Under the pieces are notes generated by a model, which did no database searches, was not told the DNA's origin, and worked only from the letters and a program-made list of their open reading frames with translations. The position numbers and the translations under genes are program-made. DNA of 64,000 bases from contig OX597815.1 in NCBI GenBank assembly GCA_951406725.2, forward strand, positions 74,462,001 through 74,526,000. Direction: 5' to 3'. Below are positions 24,425 to 38,244 of this stretch, one piece after another (position 1 is the first letter of the stretch; each line of letters opens with the position of its first letter). Source of the stretch: Octopus vulgaris. Lineage: Eukaryota.

Positions 24425-27400
24425 CATACACACACATATATGAATACATGCATACATACAGGCATATGCCATAAAAAAAAGTACTCAACACACTCTGTGA
24501 AGTAGTTGGCATTAGGAAGGGCATCTATCTGCAGAAGCGATACCAAAACCGACACTGGAACTCAGTGCAGTGCTCAGGTTTGTCAGTTCTTGTTGAAACA
24601 TCCAACCTATGCTAGCATAGAAAAAGGGACATTCAATGGTCATGATTAATATAAACACAATAAACGGAAATATTATGAAAACATAACAGCGAATTCGTAG
24701 CGTATTCCTCATCAGTCAATGTCCAAATGATCATTACAATTTTGCACCTTTAACAATGATATTGTTCACTCTTGGTGGCACCAGTGGCAAAAATCCACTG
24801 GGAATAGCTAACAAATGTATAGGACAATGATGAAAACAAACATAACAAAATAAAACATACATATACAATAAAAAAAAAAATAATGTGCAGCCGCAAGACA
24901 GACTGATATGGGATGAATCAAAGGAAGATGAAAATGTCCTGCAGGACTGGAGATAAAAGAAAGACAAGATAGAAAATCAGAATGAAGGAAGAATTAAAGT
25001 ATTAGGGAGGGAAAGAGAGAGAAAGAGTGTGTGAGGAAAGCAAAAGAGAGGCAAAGAAAGAGAAAGAGACAGAAATATATATCTAGTACAGAGAAATGTG
25101 TCAGGGTGATGCTGTAGTAGGATGGTGAGAGGCAGGGGTGCTATGCTAAGAGAAGTAAAGTTGATCTAGGAGGAAAGAATGAACAGGTAGGAGGAGGTGA
25201 TACTTGGGGGGAGGGGGGGTTATCAATGGGAAACCAAAGGTTAAGTGAGAAAGATGATAGAGCAGAGCAATGAAAAGAAAACCATGGAGACCTGACACAA
25301 TAAAAAATTGGGAAATTGAAAAATGAGGAATGAAAGAAAGAAAAACGAGAAAAAATATTGAAAAATATTAAAAGGTATAAAAACAAATTTTTTATATGAA
25401 GTGAGGAGGTCTTTGGAAATTCTCATTTGAGAAAATCTAAAATGTTTAGTGTTTACCATAGTAAAGATTAATAATAGTTAGTCTCTTGCTACTTTGAGTT
25501 TCTTCAGAAGGTGCACAGAATCTTTTGGCAAGTTATGTCATAACTTGATCATCATCATCATTTAACGGCCACTTTCCATGTTGACATACTAGCAGATGTA
25601 AGGAAATTATGAAAATTTGTAAATAAAAATTTAGATCCTTATTGTTTCACACTGGTTGTATGTAAATTGCAATTAAATAAAACAAAAATGTACTTTGTTT
25701 TTGCTTATGGCCATTTTAATGTGGCTGTCCTTTAAGAGACAATGTTGCCATTTAACCCAGGAAGACATCTCCTCTAGCTGGTTTCTCACACTCAGTATTT
25801 ATTGTAAGTGGGAGATAACTGCTGCCACCCTAGCTTCAAGACCAAAAGACCACGTGGTTTTGATCTGTATTGGATCTCCTCAGTGGTGGATTCTCAGTGC
25901 CAGGCATGGCAGCAGTTTACCTCGCTTGCAATATATAGAAAAAACAGTGTCATACAATCACTGATTCTGTAACTAGGAAACTAGTCCGTTAGAAAATGTG
26001 TTTGAGATCAAAGCAGTATACAAACCAAAAAGTATTGTTTATGGCCACTTTAATGTGGCTATCCTCTAAGAGACAATGATATTGACATTTAACCCCAGGA
26101 TGGTATCTCCTCCAGCTGGTTTATTCAGTGTGCCTCTTGCACCCATTATTTATTGTAAGCAGGGGATATTTTGTTTTTGCATTGTGTATTTGTGGTATCT
26201 CAGAAGGGTTACTATAACAATAATAAATATACACACTAGTACTACTTCACTTCTTTTATTATTAGCCATTTCATTAACATTTAACCAATTAACCAATCAA
26301 ATCTTTGATTATTTGTTCAGTTAATCAATCAATCAGCTATGTTTGTTAAAGTCCTTTCACTGCCACTCACAACCTCACCAATGATATGCCTTCTCTACTC
26401 CAGGCTTGCTTCAGGTCTGTCTGCCTATTTCCTAGTTCCAAGTTTCAGTTTATACCTATATAGATTTTCTATTGTTTATTTGTTTCGGTCATTAGACCGT
26501 GTCTATGCTGGGGCACTGCTTTGAACAAACTAACCTTAGTACTTATATTTTAAGAATGGTACTTATTCTATCAGTCTCTTTAGCTGAACTGCTAAGTTAC
26601 AGGGATGTAAACAAACCAACACTGGTTGTCAAGCAACAATGGAGGACAAGTACAAATACAAAGAAATGCATGTCTGTCTGTCTGTCTGTCTATGATTAGC
26701 TTTGGTCTTACACCTAATCCACTTACAGCTTTGGTTGACCCAGAGACTTGTTCAAGGTGCTGCACAGTGGGACTGAACCCAGAATCATGTGGTTGGGAAA
26801 CAATCATCTTACCACACTGTCATATCAGTGAGTGAATTAATGAAGTTGATGCATTCTATTATGGAAGAAAGCTGTTGGGTGATTATTCTGATCTTGAGAC
26901 AGTAGAAAGTGGTTTTCAGCATTTTGCTAGCTTGGCTAGAGCTTAGAATATTTTGTTGTTATATTTGGTTTGCAAGATTCTTGATGTGAATTTGTGTGTT
27001 ACCCAATACTGCTAAGTGGAGTGGAATAACATTATTTATTTAAAACTGAGTCTCCATGAGTTGCTATTTGGAGGTTTTTTTTTTAGTTTTTCTAGTCCTC
27101 AGGTGATTAACAATATGTGCGTATGTACATAAGTATGTATTGATCAGTTGATAATGCAGACAATCTAGGTTGGCCTTATTGGTTTACATAGAGGAAAGTG
27201 ACAAATGAGTGGGAGGAGAGGAAGAAGAAGAGCAGAAATAGAGCGAGAGAGAATAAGAACTGATGAAATCATTTGTCTTCTCTTTGCTTCTGGAAGAGAA
27301 GATAAATGGAAAAGAAAAAGAAAATATAAGAGAGGAGAGAGGGGAGATGGAAAAAGAGTAACAGGGGAAAAAAGATATTTAAAATCACTATTAAAGAAAA

Positions 27401-27907
27401 GAAAAAAAGAAAAAGGTCAAAAGGTCACTTAGACTTTGATTCTACTGACCTAAGAGCTTTTATAAAAGATAGTTGTGTTTAATGAGATGTAAAGAACTCT
27501 AGTGTATTCATATATTTTATGGTCTCTGTTTTTGGCTTGTTTGATATTGAATATGTAAAATAGTGTCTTGAGATACAATGTATACATAGATAAAATGTGT
27601 GTGTGTGTGTGTGCGTGCGTTTGTGTACACGAATCAGAAAATCGAAATACTCTTTTATCTTTTACTGGTTTCAATCACTGGACTGCAGCCATGCTAGGGC
27701 ACTGCCTCAAAGGGTCTTAATCAGACAAATCAACCTCAGTATTTTTGGGGGTGTTTTTTTTCAAGTCCAGTACTTATTCTATCACTCTCTTCTGGCAAAC
27801 CATTAAGTTACAGAGATGTAAACAAACTAACACAAATTATCAAGCGGTTTGAGGGGATGAAGATACACAGAAATTTCTCTCCCTCTCTTTTCCCACACAC
27901 ACAACTA

Positions 27908-28473
27908 TTGGGTTGTCCAGAAAGTGCATGCCGATTTTTAAAGGGAAGAAAAAGGTCAATAAACAGTTGCCAATTCATTTTTAATCAACCAAATATGAAC
28001 CATTTTGTTGCACAATGTGTCTCCCTCTTTCCTTTAACTTCAAAATACCCTCTTCCCAGAATTGAGGTGGTTTCGAGGCAAAGAATTCATCAAGGTATCT
28101 TTTTACGTCACCCAAGGAATTGAAATTTTTACCATTAAGACTATTCTGCAGAGACCTGAATAAGTGGAAATCCGAAGGAGCAATATCTGGTGAATATGGA
28201 GGGTGGGGTAACACATCCCAGCCGAGCTGCAGCAATTTTTGTCTGGTTCCCAAAGCATCAAGTACCGAAAATGAACTTTCTTATCTTCCATTTTAAAGGG
28301 TTACAGAATTAACACAAGTTATAGGAACATAAACCTTCTTCCACGAAAAGATAGCTTAAACTGTGCTCTAAATGGAGGTGTAGTCAAATCCTATTTTATG
28401 GACTCTACCATGTTCTAAAATAAGTCGAAAGGTAAGCTACTATAAATCGGCATGAACTTTCCGGACAACCCAA
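27908..28473 (-). mobile_element. Internally deleted mariner derivative (566 bp) inserted in a SINE
   Basis: TA-flanked 30-bp TIRs with 2 mismatches (TTGGGTTGTCC.GAAAGT.CATGCCGATTT). N-terminal MEDKKVHFRYLMLWE fused to C-terminal GWDVLPHPPYSPDIAPSDFHLF. Confidence 0.95.
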
Positions 28474-29151
28474 TAGCTTCCATACAGTTTCCTTCTACCA
28501 AATTCACTCACAATACATTGTCAACCTGGAGCTATAATAGAAGACGCTTGCTGAAGGTGACATGCAGTGGGACTGAACCCAACACCAAGTAGTTGGTTAC
28601 AAAGCAAGCTTCTTAACTAGAAAGTTAGAAAAAAATACTGGTTTCAAATTTTGGTACAAGGCCAGCAATTTGAGGGGAGCAGGTAAATTGATTATATTGA
28701 ACCTAGTGCTCAACTGGTACTTAATTTATTAACCCTGAAAGAGTGAAAGGCAAATTTACCCAGTGACATTTGAATGTAAAGTCGGAAGAAATGGCAATAA
28801 GCATTTTGCCCAGCATGGTAATAATTCTACCTGCTCACAGCCTTAAGCCAGAAAAAAACATTAGTTACAAATTTTGGCACATGGCTAGCAATTTTAGGGT
28901 AGGGGTAATTAGATTACATCACCTCCGTACTCAACTGGTACTTATTTTATCAACTCTGAAAGATAAAAGGCAAAGTTGACTTTGGTGGAATTTGATCTCA
29001 AACCAGAGCAAATATTAAAATTCAAAACAGTTATTATTGCTGTGATGGACAGTAGATATGCACTATTACTGCATTTCATTCTGTGAGCAATCTCATAATT
29101 TCTTGAATGATAACTGTAGACTTACAAGTTGAAGAAAATGGACAAAGATAT

Positions 29152-29520
29152 AGGCACAAGTGTGGCTGTGTGGTAAGAAGTTCGCTTCCCAACCACATGG
29201 TTCTAGGTTCAGACCCATTGCATGGCACCTTGTCTTCTACTATAACTTCAGGCTGACCAAAGCCTTGTAAGTGGATTTGGTGGATGGAAACTGAAAGAAG
29301 CCACTCATATAAGTGTGTATGCTTGCCTCCTCACCATCACTTAAGAACTGGTGTTGGTGTGTAACTTGGGGGTTTGGCAAAGGAGATCAATAGAATAAGT
29401 ACCAGACTTCAAAAATAGAAGTACTGGGGGTTGATTCATTCAATTAAAATTCTTCAAGGCAGTGCCCTAGCATTGCTGCAGTATAATGATGGAAACAAGT
29501 AGAAGATAAAAGATAAAGAT
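29152..29520 (+). mobile_element. SINE family A, tail type 2
   Basis: Homologous to 53209-53660. Minus-strand copies at about 26475-26820, 27655-28620 (split by mariner), 30955-31290 and 55595-55915. Confidence 0.85.
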
Positions 29521-29576
29521 AAAAACTTTACTAATTTCAACATGAGAACATTTCAGTAACACACTTTCTCTTAATA

Positions 29577-30820
29577 TTCGGTTGGCAACTAAGTTCCTGC
29601 TGTTTTTTTTAATTTTGGAATTTATTGTGTTTTAAATTTTGGAATCTATTTTTTTCAAGAATTCTATTTTTGAATCATTTTGGAATCTATTTTGTTTTGT
29701 TTTTTTCTAGTTAATTTTTGTTTATTTTCAGCTCATTAAAATGGAATGTCAAGTTAAGAAAACGAGCATTTTTGATACCTCCTCCTTTTTGCTTTTAATC
29801 AAGGTTCTAAGGCCGCAAAAGCTGCTTGTGACATTTGTGTTGCGTATGGAGAGGGTGCCATAGCTGAAAGAACCACTCGTGATTGGTATGCCAAGTTCAA
29901 AAATAGAAATTTTGACCCCAAAGACGCACCTCATTCTGGCCATCCAGCTGAATTCGATGAAGAGCCATTAAACCAACTTTTGTACAAAAATTGTCATCAA
30001 ATGACAAGGAACTGGCAGAGAAAATGGAATGCTCCCACACTGCTACAGAGAAGCATCTTCACTCAATGGGAAAGGTTCAGAAGTGTGGAGGATGAGTTAT
30101 GCATGCTTTAAGTGATAACAACAAAAATCAACAAGCCACAATCTCTGCTGGTTTACTTGTTTGTCACCACTCAACTCATGGACACAAGCAACGATTTCTT
30201 TACCGAATCATTACTTGCGACGAAAAATGGTGCCTGTACATCAATATGAAGCAGTGTAAGGAATGGCTTAGCCCTGGTAAACAAGTGACACTGTGCATGA
30301 AACAAGATCTTCATCCGCGTAAAACAATGCTGTGTATATGGTGGGACTGGGAAGGGATTATCCATTACAAATTGCTTGAACGGAACCAAACAGTCAACAT
30401 GGAACTCTATGTTCAACCGATGGAATGACTCAACACGGTTATTCAAAAGAAAAGATCTAATCAACAACGCCCGCCCTCATATCGCCAATATGACCAAGGA
30501 AGCCATTCAAACACATGGCTGGGAAGTGCTGCCACACCCACCATACTCTCCTGATTTGGCACCAACGGATTTCCACCTCTTTCGATCTCTTTCAAATGCT
30601 ATGTACGGAGTTTCGTTCAATATTGATGCAGAATTGAGAGCTTGGTTGGATCAATTTTTCGAGTCAAAAAACGAGGTATTGAAAATCTTGTTGAACGTTG
30701 GGAAGAAGTTGTAAACAACAAGGGTGAATACATTATTGATGAATTAGTTGTCATTTTTTAGTAAGCCTTTTAAAAAATTTAAATTTTAAAAAAACAGTGA
30801 GAACTTAGTTGCCAACCCAA
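29577..30820 (+). mobile_element. Near full-length mariner (DD34D) transposon, inactive
   Basis: TA-flanked TIRs TTCGGTTGGCAACTAAGTTC / GAACTTAGTTGCCAACCCAA; 1244 bp. Transposase remnants IITCDEKW, K.MLCIWWD, NARPH and HPPYSPDLAPTDFHLF, split by frameshifts. Confidence 0.95.
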
Positions 30821-32219
30821 TAATTTGATATAATCTTTATTGCCAAAATAGACAAGGAGCCTGGGTAGTTATTCAGCTGACCAGTTCCTGTCAAACCGTT
30901 CAACTCATACCAGCATGGAAAATCGACATTAAATGACTATGATGATGATATAAGCTTTTACTTGCTTCAGTATTGGGGATTTTAGTTGAGCAAATTGACC
31001 CCAGTACTTATTTTTAAGTTTCATACTTATCTTCTGTTGAATAGCTAAGTTACAGGAAGGTAAACAAACCAACACTGGTTGTTAAGCAGTGGCAGGGGAC
31101 AAACACAAAAAGACACCTGCCTACTCATATACCACAGGCATGTACAGTTTCTGTTAATTAAGTCTGCTCACAAGACACTGGTCAACATTGGGCTATAGTA
31201 GAAGACATTTGCCCAAGGTGCCATGCAATGAGACTGAACCCAAGATCACATGGTTGCAAAGTGATCTTAACCACACAGCCATGCCTGCATCTGTATATAA
31301 AATCATCATTATCATCAGTTAATGTCTGCTTTCCATGCTGGCATGTGTTGGATTCTTCTACATTGTCTGCCAACATCGTACTTCACTGGAGGACATTATA
31401 CTTCTGTCTCAGTTTTGGTGAAAGACCATCATTAACACATTTTGTATAGTACAAACAGAAGACAGAAATTTATCGTAAGAAAATTAGGCTGTTCCCAAAA
31501 TTCTGAGTTGAAGTATTTCTCTGAGATGCTGTCTAGACAAGCAAAGTGTGGAAGAAAGCAGTGCACTATCAATAGGGATGATCACAGCCTTGAGAGAACC
31601 ATGAAAAAAAGCTAGTTTATCAATAAGGGAGAGATCTATAAAATCTGGACAGAGACTGAATCTAGTGAATTTAAGGTTCAAATTATTCTGTCGAATGTAA
31701 TATTTATTTACATTGCTTTGAATTAATAATGCATTATCTTGAAGTTTTGAAGATATGATTGTATATATTTAGACTGATGTTGTAGGGTAGGCGTGAGAAA
31801 CCAGATCTGGCTGGTTATGGCTAGTTTAAATGCTAAAGGGTTCAGTGCAATTATGGACAGGCAGTTTCAATCTTAACCACACTAACAGCATGTTATGAAA
31901 CCCACAAAAAAAAAAAACAGTCTTTAGAAGTATATATCATCATGGTGTGTGTGACTACTTCTGCATTGTCGAAGACTAACATTCTAAATTTTAATACACA
32001 CTCTAAATCTTATCTTTCAGTAATTTCAAAGGGAAAGGAGGTTAGTTGATGCCATCAATTCCAGTACTTGACTTGTACTTTAGTTTTTTGACCCTATAAA
32101 GATGAAAAGCCTAGCCTATCTAGTTCAAATCTTGGGATTTGAACTCAGGACATAAAGAGCTGGATCGAATGCTGCAAAGTAGTTTTTCTGATGCCCTAAT
32201 GATTCTGCCAGTATAATCA

Positions 32220-33480
32220 CAATATCATTGAATATCCAAAGACAAGAGTGATAAAAACAAGAGATCAAGATACAAAGAATTGAGGTTTCTCTAAATCTCT
32301 GGTCAAAGGAAACTAAAATGGCGACAAATTAAAGGAAAGATAACCAGAATTAAATGGAATGAGGAAGTTGAAGAAAAACATATACAAGGACTGTACCAAA
32401 TTCTAACAGATAGAATGCTAGTAATCTGTAGAAAACATATTCTTGAAAGAAATAAGAAATTATTTAAAGGTATCAAAAAGAAAGAAAAATATTGTAGAAA
32501 AATCTCAAAGAGCTGAGAGAGAAAAAACCAATATTAAAAATAATAAAAAGAAAATTATAAAAAACAAATTTGAAAGTTGATGTAACAGAACAGTGTGAAT
32601 CAAGCACAATCAGTAAAAATCAAAACAAATTTAAGATTCGTTAATAAATATCCAAACAAGACCACCAACACAAAATCAACAACTGGGCCACTAAAAAATT
32701 TAGAGAAAACTCTCCTGACGAATTATGAAAATGACGAAATTACAAACAAATGTTAAAAGACCAGTATGCATCAACTTTTAGTACACCCCACCTATGACCA
32801 CCACCCAGCCCTCCCCCCAAAAAAAGAAAGAAAATTTGTGATTGAACAGTTCTTTGATGAGGAAAAAAAGACAAATCATCTGAGAGACATTAATATTACC
32901 AAGAAAACAATTACAGATGCAATCAACTTCATACCAAATTAAGAGAAGTTCAGGCTCTGATACATGGCCAATAGAAATTAAAAAAACAAACAAACTGTAA
33001 ACATAGCCATCAGACATGTGGAAGGTGAAAGTTATTCCTATCTTCAAAAGCAGCCAAAGTTTTGGCGAAAATTATAAACCAATATCTCTTACAAGTTTGA
33101 TTACAAAAATTTTTGAAAGAGCAGTCAGAAAAGCAATGTGTGAATCAATAAATTCAAATGATAAATGCAAAGATAATCAACATGGTTTTATAAAAAAGGA
33201 ACAAATCATGCCTATCCCAACTATTAAATCACTATGACAAGATTATCAAAAAGAGAGACAATTACAATGTTACGTATACAGAATTTGCAAAGCTCTTAAA
33301 TATAGAGTTATATATGTGGACTTTGCAAAAAGCCTCTGACAAGTCTGAATTCAATATAATGTTAAAAATAGAACATGAATGTTGGGAAAGATAGGAACAT
33401 GGATAAATACTTTTCTTGCCAAATGTATGTTCATAGTATTAGTAGATGGGAATTTTCTCATGGGACAGTTATGGTGCAAC
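32220..33480 (+). mobile_element. Highly decayed CR1-like LINE ORF2 fragment
   Basis: WKVKVIPIFKS...NYKPISLTSLITKIFER...NQHGF, and a frameshifted YVDFAKA(F)DK near 33310; A-rich sense strand. Boundaries approximate. Confidence 0.8.
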
Positions 33481-33874
33481 TATTATTTATATTCATCACG
33501 ACATCTGAGACACTATCACCAAGTATAATATACAAACGTTTTTATATGGCACAAAATATAAAAAAGAATTTAAAAATCCAAGAGACAAAAATCATCATCA
33601 TCATTTTTCCATGCTTGCATGGATCAGACAGAGTTTACAGAGAAAGATTTACTATGGCAAGATGCTCTTCCTGATTCCAACCCATACCTATTTCCAAACA
33701 TGGTAATATTTCTCCATGGTCAGGCATACCTACAGAGAATATTGCAAATGAATGATACTGTTTGTTTGACAATAACACTCATTTACAACTATCATCATGT
33801 GATGTTAAAAGAAAGAGACACAAAGAAAGACATACACGCACGTAAATACACAGGCGTGGTTGTGTGGTAAGGAG

Positions 33875-34275
33875 AAAAGTTATGGAAAAGGGAGACCCAG
33901 GAAAACATGAGATGAAGTACTGAAGGCCAATCTCAAAACACTGAGCCTTATGAAGGAAGTGACAGAGGACTGAGATACGTGGTGTATTGTTTTACTCAAG
34001 AAAATCTATCCACTACAACAGAATAAAGATCCTCAGGTCCTACATAAAAATCACTGTTGTGGGTGTTGGTGCTATGCAAAAAGTACTGTTGGTGGTGACA
34101 TGTAAAAATCAACCAGTACACTCTGTAAAGTAGTTGGCATTAGGAAGGGCACCTAGCTGTAGAAACCAAACCAAAACAGACTATGGAATCCTGGTGCAGC
34201 CCCTGGCCTTACCAGCTACAGTCAGTTGTCCAACCCATGCCAGCATGGAAAATGGACATTAAATGTTGATGATGA
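33875..34275 (+). mobile_element. RTE LINE 3' end
   Basis: GGGAGACCCAGGAAAACATG (GRPRKT-like), short UTR repeats, and the shared TTAGGAAGGGCA...(GAT)n tail. Confidence 0.8.
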
Positions 34276-36089
34276 GGATAATAGTAATTTTAAATGATAT
34301 TTTTTTCTTTACTCCTCTTCATTCTTTCTCCTTTCCTGTTCTTCTAATTCTTCTGCTTATATTCCCCTCCTCATCTTCTATTTAGACTGGCCTCTTCTCT
34401 ACTTCTTTCTGTCTACCTCCACTCCATTTTCTCTTTTTTTTTTTTTTGGCTTTTACTCTCCCTCCACCTTCCCCTTCATCCATCAGCTTACTCTTATTCT
34501 TTCTCTAGCTCCGATTCTTTTCCTCTTCTTCCATTCATTGTCACTTGCTCATATGCAACCAACAGAGAAAAAAACGTAGGTTGTCTATAGTATTAGCACA
34601 TCAATAAATATATGTATACATGTCTAATCTATATACATTCAGTTATTTGAGACGTAAAACAAATTCTAAATAACAATCCATGGAGACTCAGCTTTAAATT
34701 AATAAATAATAGGTACAACACCTGAAATTTTGGGGGAGGGGGCTAGTCAATTACATCAACTCAAGTGCTCAAATGGTACTTATTCTATTGGCCCTGAAAG
34801 GAGGAAAGGCAAAGTTGACCTCAGTGGAATTTGAACCTAGAACATAAAGAGCTGTAAGAAACGTTGCTACGCCCAGTGTGCTACCACCTTAATAAGTCAA
34901 ATAAATAAATGCTATTCCACTTTACATGGAAGTTTTGAATGTCCTCTACCCATCCCCCACTTAACAGAAACTGACACGAGTGTGAAACTACAAGGATCTA
35001 AATTTGTATTTAGGAGCATTCATAATTTCCATACCTACACAAGGAAGTGCAGATAAAAGATACTGCTTTACTTAAAGCTTCCCACATAACTTGAAGTGGG
35101 AGTGGCACCTTATTTTTAGCTTGTGACAGACAAGTTTAGTAGTTTTTTTCTTTTCTAGAGATATAACACACACACACAGACAAACAGACACGCACGCTTG
35201 CAATCAATACTCTACAGCATTTTTTAAATGTAAATATTAGATCTTCATAACCAGGTTATTGACTGAACTCATTAACAGATACAGACACACATCAACAGAG
35301 TTATCCAATCATGTCTGGATTATAGAATTTAGCTTCTAAAGATATAACAGTTTTCATAATACACTAATGCATAACAACCATTTGATGTAATTATCCAGAT
35401 GATTGTGATGCAATTTTTCCATTTATTGTCATACTATCTAACTCTTTCAATAGCATTCATACTTCTTATATTACCCTTGATTCCTTTCATAAACTTTTCA
35501 TGATTTCACATATTTCAGCCTGTTTGCCATCCAACTGTTGAAATTTGATATGTGATCATAGGGATGTAGTGGGGCTACAAAGGGATGTAGTGGGGCTATG
35601 GGTAGAGATACTACCTTTGGTGTCTAGTATGCTGCTCTCTACCTGATACAGTGGACAGGCATCACTGCCTCTAACTCACCCTCTAAATCTTTCATGTGCT
35701 AGGACCAAGTGCCACACCTTGATATATTATCTCATTTGGTGGAGTAAAACACATGGGTGGGGGGTGGGGGAGTTGACACCACACCACTAAGCAGGTGGAG
35801 GTCAATGACCAGAACAGAGAAGTCTCAAGGAAACCAATAACCAGGTGTCCACAACTCAAGGTGATCCACACTATACTTTGTGGATCTTGGATAATAGTCA
35901 TAGACAGTTCTATATACAGACTCCTTCCTAAATGCAAGTGGCTGGGCTAGCACCCTATCCTTGGAAAAATCTCACACTACAAAAACTGTTCAAATGCAAA
36001 AGTATTAGTCATTGGGGCAACAGTTGTCTGCTGACCAATCCGGCAAGAGTACTTTGACTGCCAGGATTGCATCTAGAAAGTTCCCTTCC

Positions 36090-36360
36090 AAGGTGGAGTT
36101 TGGGCAAGGTTGTTTATGGAAGACCAGCAGTCACTCATGCATACCAGCCTCCCCTCTCCACACTACCGATGTTATCCAAGGGATGGGCAAAGGCTGATAC
36201 AGCTAGGCACCAGTGATGTTGCAACTCATTTCTAGCTGAGAGAACTAGAGCAATATGGAATAAAGTGTCTTGCTCAAGACACAGTCCGGTCAGGGAATTG
36301 AACTCACTACATCATGATTGTGAACCCGACACTCAAACCACTGAGCCATGCACCTTTACA
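36090..36360 (-). mobile_element. Family-C tRNA-headed SINE
   Basis: Minus-strand head TGGCTCAGTGG...GAGTTCAATTCC and body TCTTGAGCAAGACACTTTATT. Relatives at about 4995-5215(+), 12360-12490(-), 54420-54720(-), 60865-61090(+). Confidence 0.8.
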
Positions 36361-38244
36361 AATTATACAAACCCAGCCATAATATTTATCTCCATATAAC
36401 CCTAACCTATATCCAATCGCATCTCTACTTAAATGTTAGCTTCTTTACTTTTCTTCTTTCATTCAGAAGGAAGGAGAAAATAAAATGCCCATGACTCTTC
36501 TTTCACAGAGTCTCCAAGACTGATAGGTGAGAAGGAGGAAAGTATCCTCAAACCACAGAGTTGACCTGAATGCTCACAAAAGGTTGGACTTTTCTACTAA
36601 AGGTATCCAAAATGCCATATAGTAATGTTAAGCTGAGTAGCAGTTTAAGCTTACCACCCAAGTAGGCTATGGTTAGGTTTGAGCTCAGAATGCAAAAGAG
36701 CTGAAATAAGTACTGCAGTATTCTCGCTGTTCTACCAATCCACCCCCATGGATTGGTACTTTTTCATCAACCTCAAAAGGTTGAAACCCCAAGGTTTAGT
36801 TTTCTTGTGATGTGATGGTTTGTGTGCCTCAATGACCCTGAGGACTATGCCAGTGGAGTGCAAGCTCTTTGTGGAACCTCCCATACATGACAGATTAAAG
36901 GATGGAGGTCAGTAAAATGGATCACCACTTTTCAAAAGTAAAAATAGGTTTGCATAGAGCAAACCACCACCACCACTACCTAGAAAAAAAAGCAAAGTTA
37001 CAGAAGTATCAATGACAGTCCAAAACCAACAAAAATTGAAAGAGGAAGGCCTTTTCTCAAGGAAATTTAAGATGTAGTGAGGCAAAATCCCCAAAAAAAA
37101 AAGTTGAAAAAGCAGGAGTTTGACTGGAGAGAAGACAGCCCAGGGTCAGGAAGAGTGAAAGTAAGTTGTTGATGGCTTATACTTCACAGGGAGCAAAACA
37201 GCTTTAGTAAGTTAGTAAAAAGATGAATGACAAACCTCTGAGATTAGAACTCATAAGCACAGATATCAGCAACAAACATTATGAGGCATTCTATTTGATG
37301 ATCTAACAACCAATTTTGCATCTGTTACATTAGATGTTACATAAAACAAAAAGATTTTTACACAATCAGTGTAGCAAAAATATAGGCCAGTATCTTTCAA
37401 CAGTTACAATAATGTATCTCCAAGTTATAAATATCTTACACTTTGATACTACTAGTCCCAAGTTTTATTTACAACATTCAGATGTTTATTTTGATTTTAT
37501 CACAGGTTCAGCCTTGTCTTACAGGTTGGTATCTTTAATATGACATTCTTGCAATACTCTAGTTTAAATGTTATAGTATAAACATATTCACTCTTAACAA
37601 AGTAAAATTGTAATGAAAGAAAACATAGAATGTGTGTGTTTATAATTTTTTTTTTTTTTTGCATATTTTTCACCAGTGGAGAAACTCCACCCCACCAGTT
37701 ATTAACACAGAAACAAGGTGCTTTCATTGGAATCTAGGTAACTTCAAGTGTGTAGACATACATATAAGCATGTATTAGTGTATATATGTATGCATGGGTT
37801 CTTGTTGCACATGGTGTCAAAACTGCATTGTTAAAGGTAAGTCAGTCCTAGGGGAATGTCCATGTGTTGTATGTGCAGGATTTACACCTGAGGGAATAAA
37901 ATTACATGATTATTTTTTGGATACCAACTTCTTACCTCCACATCTATAACATACCTGTGCAGTGTGCAAATTCAAACCTGGATTGTGAAGACATATACCT
38001 GACAGAAGCACACAATTATTCCTAAAGATATACTTGGTTCTATATTTGATCTAAACTTTATAAATCATCAGCAAGTCTGAACAGTCATCTCAGGGCAAAT
38101 AGCCATATGTTATGGAATAACTGGACTGAATTATTGAATGTTAAAATGGCCATCATCTAACAAGATGAAGCAACCACAATGTGGTTACATGTGAGTGCAT
38201 GTGTTGGTACACATGTACACACATTATGCATGTATTTATGAATG

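Noticed and set aside
23452-24555. ORFs rich in YI/HT/CV repeats (also 40738-41170, 53127-53495, 63643-63986)
   Set aside because: They are translations of (TA)n/(CA)n microsatellites and SINE bodies.
24680-24720. Third hammerhead candidate on the minus strand (CTGATGAGGAATACGCTACGAAT)
   Set aside because: GAAA is replaced by GAAT and stems I-III cannot be built convincingly; at best a remnant.
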